DNA of 64,000 nt, taken from NCBI RefSeq assembly GCF_902652985.1, contig NC_047028.1, positions 25,544,001-25,608,000 on the forward strand. Direction: 5' to 3'. Position numbers and translations under genes: made by a program. Shown piece by piece: positions 1 through 12,700 of this stretch (positions within the stretch are counted from its first letter, which is position 1; each line of letters starts with the position of its first letter). This stretch comes from Pecten maximus (taxonomy: Eukaryota). The notes under the pieces are model-generated. The model saw only the letters and a program-made list of their open reading frames with translations, was not told the DNA's origin and searched no databases.

Positions 1-716
1 AAACAAAAATATTTTAAACCAATAAATATGAAGTTGCTATCATATTTTGATTAATGTTTAACATGAAACGCTCGCTGTATAACCTTTCGTTGTTTTCGTA
101 GTTTCTATGGAACCATGAACATAAATACAACGAATATTGTCATGAATCATGAAAAAAGTACACACAAATATTTCATGTAATATAGTATAGAAATTGCATA
201 TGGCTGCTGATTAAAGTGGTTTTTGCTTATTCCTTTAACTTAATTAAGATTGAATTGCTGTCCATGAGTCATCTCTAATGAACGAGAGGCTCAAGAGCCT
301 TAATGATTACTTTGAATTATAGAAACATAGAAGCCAATAGTTTTCACACAAGGTTGATGGTTCAATTTTCATTTCAGAGACGGTTTGAAGGGCACCAAAA
401 ATATGCTTTGCGCACATTGACTCTTACGGTCATGCCTCTCGGGAATTATTAATTATCCCCTTCTCAGTATCAAGCTCTTAAACTTTACACAGGTTGACAA
501 TCTGTGTTAAACATTGTCATCTAAATGAAGGTCTGAAACTAAGAATTTTATCACTTTAGATATTCAAGATCAACTGAACATCAATTTGTATGCATCTGAT
601 ATACGACCCTACTTTATTAACTGACGGACAGTTTCTGGGTAATGAAAACGTGATTGCGCTTAGGAGCTTGTGAAACATTTGAACAAGAGGCATATCTAAT
701 ATCTAAAGCAACATAC

Positions 717-3700
717 CAACTCAGAAGTGTCCTCAAGAAGTTCGATATCCTCCACGGGCTGTTTGTTTTTATCACAAGGGACCACTTCTAGTTGTAAATG
801 GCCTGAAATAAAAAACAAAATGCTAAATGTTAGAATGCTAAATTATATCGTACATCTTTGGTGAAGATACCGGGGTACATTATCTTACTTTTTATTCAAA
901 ATTAGTTACTTGGGCAACGTACGTCTGCTTATCGACCCTTTGCATATCAGAACAAAGTAGTTATTTTGATTTGAGTCCAACATCACGTATTACCGTAAAA
1001 TAGCAGAACAAATCTGAGAGTAATTCAATGTTTATTTGAAGACGACTTAAGACTTTATATATGATTACCGCTATCTGCAGACAGATTCTAACGGAGTACT
1101 AACGGAGGATTGTTATATTACATGTACTTTAACTTTGGCACGGGACACGATTTGAAGTTCAATGTGCTGTAAACATACGTACTTATTTTGGCGTACTCAG
1201 ATTTTAGAGTAAAAGCTAATTAAAACGGATTAGCGGAATGATAGATTAGCACACCGACAATGTTTGTAATACAAATCATTGTAGATAAACTACCATAAGT
1301 GCAATCCAAATTTAGCGAAATTCTTCCAGCGCGAAATAGCTGAAATAATATTACCACTAAAATATGTACGTTTGCAGTATACTTGACAAGTACTAGTATT
1401 TAAAATTGCTACATAACATAATATCTATAGAGCCTGAAATGGTATATGATATAATTAACATGCAATCTGATCAAAGTATAGATCATCATTATACACTACG
1501 TTATGAGGCATTTTAATTAGATTGATTATCACTGAAGCATCAATTTGACAATATATAATGGCTTATACGTCTGGCATATATATGCCTTGATAAAATATAT
1601 TAATAGGATATACATAGTCTGAGATAACTACCACATAGCATACCTTTGATTTGTGTTTTGTGATCGTGAATATCAGCGTTTTCTTCTATACTGCATTTAT
1701 ATGCCAATGACAGCAGGTTGAGATGTGCTATTCCGATCATCATCTCGGTATCAGCTGGTTCCCAGAATGGATCGTTTTCCTGAAGGGGCAAGAGTGATAG
1801 TTAGTAATCACTGCACCTGATTAGTTGTTGGGGAAATTTAACAACCTTAAGATCTTATTTTTCTTTTTTCAACAAATATTGGATGACTTATAAGTTCAAA
1901 AGCGATTTATATTCTTGGTGCTTTAGGTGCAGACTGAGTGCAGCTTATGTTTAGAGTTTTTAACAATAGATAATAGCTATTGCCTCCTATGTTTAGCTTA
2001 AGTGCAAGCACACTAACTAAAAAACATCAAATAGCTTTTCCTTTAAAACAGAACTGTTTATTAGCCAATTTTAACTGTCAAATTATGTCTTTTTTTTCTC
2101 GTGAAGAATCATACTCAGTGTTTGAAGTGTCCGTTCGTCAGGATCTTCATTTGGTGAAAATTCGGTGAAAATTACCTTTGAAACATTCCAGTTTTCGTCC
2201 TTGGAGATAAAGTCTTGGTACAGCTGCTGCATGAGGGCGTGACGGTGAATAGCCTTATCTTTGGTCCACATCCAATGATTACCCGTGATCAGGTCCTTCA
2301 CCTTCATCCGTACCTGGTATATATCGTCATAACATTGAATTACCATGTTAGGGATACAATATGAAAATAATTAATAATAAAAATAATTAAAAAAATAAAT
2401 AAATAATGAAAGCAACAACATCTAATTGCCTTTGTATTCCTGCAATGTAATTCGGTTTCATTTCATTGTAAATCATGAAAACATTATATTTGGTGTATGA
2501 AATGTATTGCTTGTTGAATTTATTCGTGCAATGCTAAATAAAAAGATATAATACGCTTTCTGTCATTCGCTCTATCAGTGACTTCAAATTTATTCATTTC
2601 CTCTTGAGATTGGAATGTTTCTTATTCCTGTAAAATAAATCCACGTCGATGTATATTACAGTGTAAAGCAAGTCCAGTGATCATCTCACAACACGACGGT
2701 GTTTATTAATGAAATATTGCTTTTGATATTAATTTTGATATACTATCTATTATCAAAAATCTCTTAATCGCTAGCAATTTGATACCTTAAAGACTGGATG
2801 TGGTGGCCCTAATTTTTGTGGTGTTACCAAATGGTTGGAGAAATACACATTCATTTTATATGATAAAATATGAATCAGGCAATAACTTTCTCTTTAGATA
2901 TTACTTTTTAAACTTTCAAATATTCGGAAATAGCGTAAAGGAGAGCCACATAGAAAGTAACAAACAGTATTATATACCTAGTAAACAATGAGATTTCAAG
3001 GGAGGTCAACTATCAGAATAATATATTTTCAGAGAATATAGGTGGGTAAAGGTCAATCATCTTCCAAACGTGCTATCACTACACAAAGGAGTGTATTAAT
3101 ATGGAAGTAAAATGGAAGAAATCAGAATATATATGGATTCGTAAATAAGAAGGGAATATTAAAAGTTCATATTCATATACTCGCTTAGTCATTCTTACTT
3201 CAGTGATAACCCCCTGAAATAAAGTGTATATATACAAACACACTAAACTTTAATACTGGTTCTTCATTATAAATGTACATTATAAGTATAAGAATATTTG
3301 AGTTTTTTTTTAAATTTTGTCTTATATTCTCATTCATAATGCATTGTTGAATATTAATTGAAAACTTTTCAATTTGATTTGCTAGATATTACCTGGGGAA
3401 GACAAACCTTTATGATCATGCCTGCTTCTTTGTTGTTTTATTTCATTGTTTATAACTTAATTCATTTTCGAAGATAGAAATCTGATGACACTAGTATGTC
3501 TACCTAGCTGTCGTTGGTTGCTTTCAGTCAATTTCCTGAGGTATCATTAAAGATATATGTACCAAAAGAGTGAAAATCTGTTATAAAACTTGGCTCTCAC
3601 TGGTGAATAAGTTAGATTTTACCATTATCTAGCGGGGTATCAAGTTCATCACCAGAAGGAATTAAATGCTCAATAAATAATTGTCACTGGTTGCTTTATT

Positions 3701-6700
3701 AGTCTTTTCGCGACATTTGATAGCATTGTAGGGCATTTTCGTTACCACCAAAACGTTTTATAACGTAAGTTAAACACGTCTAGATGGGCCACACATCCCA
3801 ACTAATTGCAAGTAATGACATTTTGATCATCAAGTGTTCACGCCTACAGTCAGCAAACATGTAAATAGAATTGTATAGCTTGCTATCATCCTGTATCTTG
3901 TCTACCCTTTAGTATACCTCTTATAATTTCATTCAAATACCCGGATTACAATTCGTACTTGGTATTAATGTTTTAATAGGTACCTCTGTAGGTCCTCTGT
4001 GGAGACTGCGAAACGCGGGAGCAAGTAAAGCAACCTCAAACTTCACTTTCTTGTCCATTTCCTCTGACATGGCGTTGGCTTCATTGACTATCCGGAGTAC
4101 CTGTGTGACCTCTTCCTGCAGTATCAGGTCCTCTGTAACGAAACCGTAAATATACCGATTCAATATTTTTCATTGAAGAATTAGAAAGCTATTGTTTGTG
4201 GTACGAGTGTGATGTGTCATTGGTACCGTAATTTGGAAGCGGTCTATGCAATCACATTTGATGTTTTGTTAATGATTACCTTGACATCATATCATCATAT
4301 ACTGAAGTAGCATGATTTTGTGACCGATGAATACGTTAAACAATACCATTCACAAAGTAGTATGGTTTCATAGGCTGATACAAATATATGCAAAATACCA
4401 TGTTTTATCAGACAGTATAAATGGCTGTGCTGAAACAAACTTTACATATGTTGAATAGATTATTGTGCGTTTACAATCTGTGTTTTTTTTTTATCTGAAG
4501 AACATCTCGTAAAGTACGTGATTTATACCTTTGGACGTGCCATCTTTTGAGACCAGTCCAGCCATCATTGCTAACTCTTGCTGAGCTTGATCAAACGTAG
4601 GAGCGGGCGTTGTACTTCCACTCCCTGCTAATTTGGATGCTTCGGAAGGATGGTGGAAAATGTAAAGGGCGTTTGCCCCAAACAACACTCTGAAGTAATG
4701 AATGCGACAGGTTGATATGTGTACTCGTATAAAATGATAATTTTAAAAGTAAAAAAAATACACAATTGGGGATTTAAGCTAGATACGCGAATACTGTTTG
4801 GCCACGAACCCCCCCCCCCCTCCTCCCCCCCCCCCCCCCCCCCCCCCCATCGCGCATTATTATGTGATGTATGTGATATTTAAGGAATAGGTGCAAAAAA
4901 GCAACAAGGAAATTAACCTCACGCGGTATATAAATTAAGGTTTATTTTAGAAAGAGTGAAGCACAAGCACAAAATGTACTGTACTAGCATCAGAAAATGT
5001 ACACACAAGCAAAGATAATTCTGTAAGCAAATAACTATAATTTCCCTCCACTGAATTTGATGTTGTATGATACATTTTCATGGATTTACATGATGACCTA
5101 TATAATTTATGCCACATTCGTGTATGCGAATCTTAGGATAAAATTAATTGTAAGCACAATGTATGTAGGTTACATGCATTAATTTGGATGTCTTTTCCAG
5201 ACTTAAATGGTTATCTAGGTTCCAGCCCACCTGTCATGATGATGTAACCTAGTTTGGGCCAAAATCTTCTGACCATTGACGGTCACTTTGGCGGTGTCAA
5301 CCGGCACTATCAGCACTGTCCCCTCTTTATTAACGATCTCGGCATGGTTAGGCTGGATGCTGAAAATAATGGATGTATAGTTGATGAAAACTATTAAAAC
5401 AATATTAAAGACTATTAATGTTCTATTGTTTTCCTGTAGACTGTAAGTAAGGATATATATTTCTACGTTCATATATTTTGTTGTCGTACCATCATATCGA
5501 ATTATGCATGTATTTGACCTAGATTAATACACTTAATCACTCCCAACATTGGCCTGCCTCAGGTTACTACAACAATATTAGAGATTAATAACATTCACAG
5601 CTTCCCCCAGTCCATCGATGGTCAGGGTAGAACAATACTCATTATGGCAGACGTATCCCGAATGTTATATTGCGAATCCAATCATTGAAAACTGGATGAG
5701 CTAAGAATCATTAACACTCGTATGTATATATTTGACAACGCCATATACTCACCCAAGACCTGAAAGGGGTATATCTGCACCGGTTTCTGCTGCCTTGCTC
5801 CCTATTAAAACCTTTCCTGTGGATTAAAGGGAAAATAGTCTATTACATACAATGTAACGTTCCCAATTGCAAGTATAACAAACTGTTAGTATTCTGACTA
5901 TATATGACACTTACCTCAAAACTAAATGCAAATTTGTAAGTGCGTTAAATCATAGCACATGCCAATATAAAAAGCTAGCCAGTTAATATGTGATACCGTT
6001 CGAGCGGAGCACTGAATAATGTTAGAGAATCTTTAGTTTATAAAGCAATTCAAGAATTTAATGTTACCCCGTTTCTCCAATTGCATATCATCAAAAATAT
6101 TTAAAATGAACCAATCCTCACCTTTATCACAGAAGTGGACTACCATGCCAGACAGAGCAGCATCTTCATTAAGATTCCAGAAGTGTGGAGTAACTTTCTT
6201 GTGTTCCTCCATCTTTTTTTCTTCTTCGATCTTGGCCTAAATATATCAAATGTTGATCAAATATATTATATTGTTACAGTGACCAAAGAAATACAGTGTC
6301 CATCGCATTCGAAAATATGCCGTTAAAATTGAATGTGATATGCTCTCCTTACAAGGAGGACACTCCGTTCAATGTAAATAAGGAGACAATACTATTGTAG
6401 CTATATATGTAAGGACAAAGGTTAGTTTCATTAAGTTTCGCCGAAGAAGCATGCGTCTTATTTTGCTTATATTTTATGAGGGTCTACATGCAAATCTATA
6501 TTTTTTTCTTCATTTTCAACTGTTTTGTTGATTTTTAGTTAGAATTACGGTTTCATTTCATTATCGGTATTCTCTTCTGTTTTCACATTGTAACATTCTA
6601 ATATATTGTAGGAATGAACGGCAATGATACAAATTCCAAGTGTTGCTATATGTGTAGCACATCTATTTTAGTCTCTTCAATGTCATTAAACAGAAAACAT

Positions 6701-9700
6701 CGGAGAAATTCTGGTTTCTGCACGGAGATATCATCTAACATCTACGAGTACAGTGAACATTAATTGGTAGGCTCTTGATTATCTCCTTAAACTGACTTAA
6801 TAAGAGAAGCCATCTCCAGTTCCGCAGAGGGCTCCCGGTTTAGTCGTCGCACATAGCAATACGTGCGATAAAACGACGTTTCTGCACGGGTTGCAACATT
6901 GCTAATGAATCTATGGGAACATGATTTGTAGCACATTTTTTTCTGATGACCAAGACTTCAGATTTTATCTGCCTTAAAGAATAATGATATTTATGATAGA
7001 ACAAACGGAAGAAATAGTAACGGTATACCTGGTTTTCTTTCTGTGCTTTCTCAAGTCGTTGTTCCCAGGTTGTCTTCATTTCATCCATTTCCTTTTGATT
7101 TTGTTGAAGTTGTTCCTCTAGCAGCCGTTTTTCTTCACTTGTGGCTATAAATGAAATTGATTTTTGTTCACTTTCATACCTATACTTATATTTCATTAAT
7201 TAACAAAATACAACAAAAATTAAATTACTCTCATTCCTTACACACATTTGAGAATAATATGCAGTCAGAAATTGGCTATATGTATTAATAGACATTAATA
7301 AAAGCCTTAAAATGTCAAAAATATGAAACGCTTATGAAGTTTAAACACCATAATATTAAATAGCCAATATTTACCCCAATACTTATTCGAATATTTTTGA
7401 TAAAAGCTGCACGAGTGTCATAATCATATTGTATATTGTTAATCGCAAGCACCTCGTGTTACATTGTGTATCAAACATCTCGTATTGCATTGTATATAAA
7501 ACACCTTGTGATATATCAAATCCACGTGACGTTCTACGTGCTCGGTCATGTAATCCTAATACCGGAAATATCAAAATCGTGATTCACAAGAACTAAGTAT
7601 GTACATCATAAATGAACAGTTCACAACTTTGTACGCATAGACAATTTTGACCACACCTTCATTTTAGATTCCTCGGTTTTAACCAGTTACCAATATCACG
7701 GTTTTTTTGAAAAAAAAATAAGAAAAAAAAAATAAATAGAAATAGGTGATCACCAGCTAAATAGGTTTCGTACACACAAATCGTACCTCCTGTTTCCCCT
7801 CCTTGAATCGCGGTAATTCCTCCTTCTTTTAAAAGCTTCAATAGCCTCGCATTTTCCTCTCGTAGTTCTCGAATAAGTTTATCTGTAGGGTTCTCATTGA
7901 CAGTGGCCGTAGTCTTAATCGCTTTCGCTCGATCGGCTAAACAAGTATATAATATCAGTTATAGTTTCACAAGTATATAATATCAGTTATGGTTTCTTAA
8001 AAGTGATATTTTCTCGAAGACACACATTTTATTTGTATATTTCAAATAACATGTAGAGTCATCGACCTTATGTAGAGCTGTATACACAGGAAATTATACA
8101 TCAATGTTCAGACACAGAAAACGTTTTTCAAAAACAAGATAGTATTTTACCCGTTAATTCGAAATCAGCGGGGTCACGAAAAACATTATAAAGAATCCCT
8201 ACTATTCGAGGTCGAACCTATCTTATGTAAAATTTTAATGTCGCAACTGATTTTTTTATTTCAACTTTTGAGTTATCAGAGTTCTAAACGACGAAGTTTT
8301 ACTGTATAAACAATGGAATCTTAAGATGTAAACACAGACACAGGATGTCTTACCAAATCTAAGAGTGGAAAGTGTTTCTTTATAGTTGATATCAGCTGGA
8401 CTGAGTGCGGCAATCTAGTAGAACAAACAAGACACCAGAGGAGTGATGGATATACAATCGACTTTTATGATGAAATGGACGGACGTAGGACAGATTGATT
8501 ATAATATTATTGTGCTAATATGATTTCCTTAGCTTTAAATAAAACCGTTACTGTATTACACTAACGTTTGGTTATAAATTATAGATGTGGATCCACAGCG
8601 AAATAAATGTACAGGCCGATAGTAATGACAACATTGTACATCTTTGTTAAAGCAGTTTAGTATCTGAGAAATATGTCGATTTTCCGGAAAGTTTCCCATT
8701 TTTACTTCAATTCTCCTCTTTTTTATACTTTTTGCATATTTTTTACCCATTTTAATTTTCCCGATTTCCATATAAAATTCCGTACGTTTGATCCCTAACA
8801 TTACTGTCAAGTCCTAGAAGGACGATACAGCTGTATGATGTCACTAGCATCACTGTCAAGTCCTAGAAGGACGATACAGCTGTATGATGTCACTAGCATC
8901 ACTGTCAAGTCCTAGAAGGACGATACAGCTGTATGATGTCACTAGCATCACTGTCAAGTCCTAGAAGGACGATACAGCTGTATGATGTCAATAGCAACAC
9001 TGTCAAGTCCTAGAAGGACGATACAGCTGTATGATGTCACTAGCAACACTGTCAAGTCCTAGAAGGACGATGCAGGTGTGTGATGTAGTTTTATATTCAT
9101 TATTCGACACGTACTGTATCTTCAGCTAAACTTATTGTAATCCTGGTAAATACATGATAAATTCAAAATTATGATATCTGACACGAAAAACAATGTTAAT
9201 GTGTAAACTTACCATAATAGTTTTACTATTGCCGCCAAGAGCGTTCTTCAACAACTTTGTCAATGCTGAATCTCTGTATGGAACTGAAATCAGAGAGCAT
9301 TTTGTCATATCACAACGCGAATTAGTTTAATAGGATATAATATATTGTAATACGAGGACATGTTACACACTATCGATGTACCTCTGATAAACCAAAGAAG
9401 ACAATCAATAATGGCGGGAGAATGTTGGGAGAATAACGCCTGAAAATTTAACGTTGTCCTGTCTACTCAAATTCCTATGCACAAATGCACCATGGTAGCA
9501 GTACGGTGTCACCACATCTCTTAGAACGGTGATACATCTAGAGGACGACTGTAGAATTTCCAGTTCGGTCTACCATTGAGTGGCAATATCGCTAACGAAA
9601 TTAATCAAGCCATACAGGGGTAGTACCGTTGCGACCCAAATCGGTCAGGTGTGACAGACCCTTGATAATAATTTAATTCGACAAACAAAGTACAAATGAC

Positions 9701-12700
9701 GACTAGCTTTAAAATAAACCTATGGATACTAGTTAGAATTATAGATTCATAATCACATCATATTTCATATTTGATAATGCAAATTTTGGAATGTGTCAAT
9801 GACATTTTTGGGCATATTGATAAGTTACTGAATGGCTTGCTCATAGCTAGAGCGTTGATGGCGTTTATAGGCAGATTGATAACTTACTGAATGGTTTGCT
9901 CATAGCTAGAGCGTTGATGACGTTAATAGGCAGATTGATAACTTACTGAATGGTTTGTTCATAGCTAGAGCGTTGATGGCGTTTATAGGCAGATTGATAA
10001 CGTACTGAACGGTTGCTCATAGCTAGAGCGTTGATGGCGTTTATAGGCAGATTGATAACTTACTGAATGGTTTGTTCATAGCTAGAGCGTTGATGACGTT
10101 GCCGAGTGAGCTTAGAGATTGGTTGATACTACTTCCCTCCTTCAGCCTGTCCCCCTGTGCTCCAGTACTTGCAACTCTCTCACTGATAACATCAAACAAA
10201 GTAAAATATGTATCAACTACACATTATATTGCGAATTGTGAGAAATTGTTAGGTTTTCTGTAAAAATTGAGGTTGTTACAGTTGTATCAGAGCGCATGGT
10301 TGTTTTAATTAAAATCACTGCCACCGCTAGGGATCGAACCCAGGACCTCTGGCTTACTAATCTTAGGCTCAACCGATCAAGCTAAATACAATCTTTCTAG
10401 CCGAGTGGCATCTTGTAGATATGTTTTCCCTTTGTTACAAAGTTCATAAACTGGCAATAGGAAACTTACGCGTGTCCTTATTGTAGCCATTTGTCAATAT
10501 ATTGTAGCCTTACTGTACTCCTATTTCATCACTCTTTGACCTTTATCATCAACCTATTGTAGTCCGACCGACCTCTACTGTACACCTACTTTAATTGTAC
10601 CTCTATTGTTCGCCCCACTGTAACCCTATTGCACCGCTTTGGTGCCCTCCATTGCATCATACATCCGCACAATTGGAAGACCTATTACAGTTAATGTTGC
10701 TACATCATTATGCACTTATCGTGACGAATACCGCCGGTATGCGCAAATGCATTGTCATAGCAACCGATTATGACAAAGTTTGCAATAACGATAATATAGT
10801 TTAGCACGTGATTGTTGCCTACCTGCCAGCCAGATCGACGAGATTGACGACGGATGTTTTAGTCATGCTCTGACCATTATCGTCCTTAGTCACCTGTTTG
10901 AAGTGGACAGCCACGATGGTATGAGCTCGGCTGAATAAATATCAAAATTAGAAATCATAAATGCAACATCTATGTTAATGTATATATAAATGGATTTAGG
11001 AAATACTTAAATCAAGAGAGTCTCCATTTTTATTTGAGACAGTGATTGAAAAATCAAACAAGGCAACATATCCAATTCATACCTTTATTAAGTGATCGAT
11101 CAAATTTCGGGAACAATTAAAAAAGAAAAACGATTATGAATTAAGCTAATTAATTCGTTCATAGTCTCTCTTCCTAGAATTACTATTTTGTGTATCATGT
11201 ATACAAAAGAAATACTTGAAATAAGAGATCAGTTTAAGACATTCAGACATTCGAAAACAAAACGAATCAATTGGTTACTTCCCAAACTTGGTATATCATT
11301 ATTTTAGTTCCAGCTAAACAGACATAATGGGCCTCTTCGTTTATGCGGACAAACCGGTTCGTCAGTTTTTAAATGTAATATTTCAAACATATATCCTGCA
11401 GACCTGCACATGTTAATATAGGCCTTGGGAATCTTTGTCAAGGCTCGTATGAAAACAATATAAATTTGCCAGGTCCGTCTTTATTTCATAAACGAACAAC
11501 ACCGGTCCAACTGGACAAACCTCATGGACCGCAAAAACGAAAACGGCCCAGTTTTACTTAGATATGTAAAGCCTCAACTTCCGGTTATACTGACCTGCTT
11601 GTTGCATTCATATTGGTCGATGCCACAGTTCTATTCTTAGTACCTTCGTTAATTTTGTTTTCAATCTCAGGATAGCTGTTCACCAGTGATGTCGTAAGCG
11701 CCTCAACTAAACATAAACATGATTGAAATTACTTGAAAAATCCTTCTGTTAAACCAACCTATTTCAAAAATCTAACTTTTTAAAGATTGAACGGTTACTA
11801 GGATACCAATCGCCTCAATATATTTTTGTATTTCTTTTGGGCAGCTTGAAGGGATTATATATTACTTTCAGAATAATTTGATAAAATGGTTATTGTCAGA
11901 TGGCTTTTGCTGTATATACAGTAAAACTTTCTAAATACGTATCACACCATTGTCACACTGATTGTGGCACAATCCAATTAACTTTTTTTAACTCATAGTT
12001 ATTAACTTTTTTAATCAGTTTATTGTGACCCCCACCCCCCCACAGGGCCCCTGGTTTTCAGCCATTTCGGCTAGTTGTATGCGTGATTCGCTTATTCAAG
12101 AGATGAAACCAACGAAAGCGAACTTTAGCATTTATTTGTTTTTCTATGACCATCATTGTAGAATATTTGCTTGGATTGATATTTTCGGTAAACTAAGAGA
12201 CATATTACGTTAACTAGGATGTCACCATAGCTACAATGCTAATACAATTAAACTCATTTTACCATAAAAGCCTCGTTTCGCATCGCTCTTGATTTTCATG
12301 CTCCCTTTGTTTTTGATTGTTTTTGAGTTCAATAAATCACGGACCTGCTCGTTGTATATTTCTAACATGCTTATCATCACCTGGAATGTAAAATATAGAA
12401 AAGACAATTTATGATACACTATCAGCAAGCAAGGACGAAACCATGTCTCCTAGAAGAGGAGAAATAAAAAAAAAAGTAATCATAATTCATAATTACACCG
12501 TCAGCATCAAGCATGGACAAAAGGCTATGCCTTACTTTAAAATGGGATTATTGCAATGAATAGAAGATTCATGTTATTGCAAAATTACCCCAAAGTACCA
12601 AAACTTTACTGAATTTATTAGATATGAGATTATTGCACTATAAATATATTTATATATTTATAAATATTTTTCATTTGAGTAGCACACTGGTATTGCCTTG

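Noticed and set aside
10319-10385. Functional tRNA gene (also considered at about 39560-39637)
   Set aside because: A and B boxes are present, but I could not form a convincing acceptor stem or cloverleaf, and the flanks look like repeats. Treated as tRNA-derived elements.
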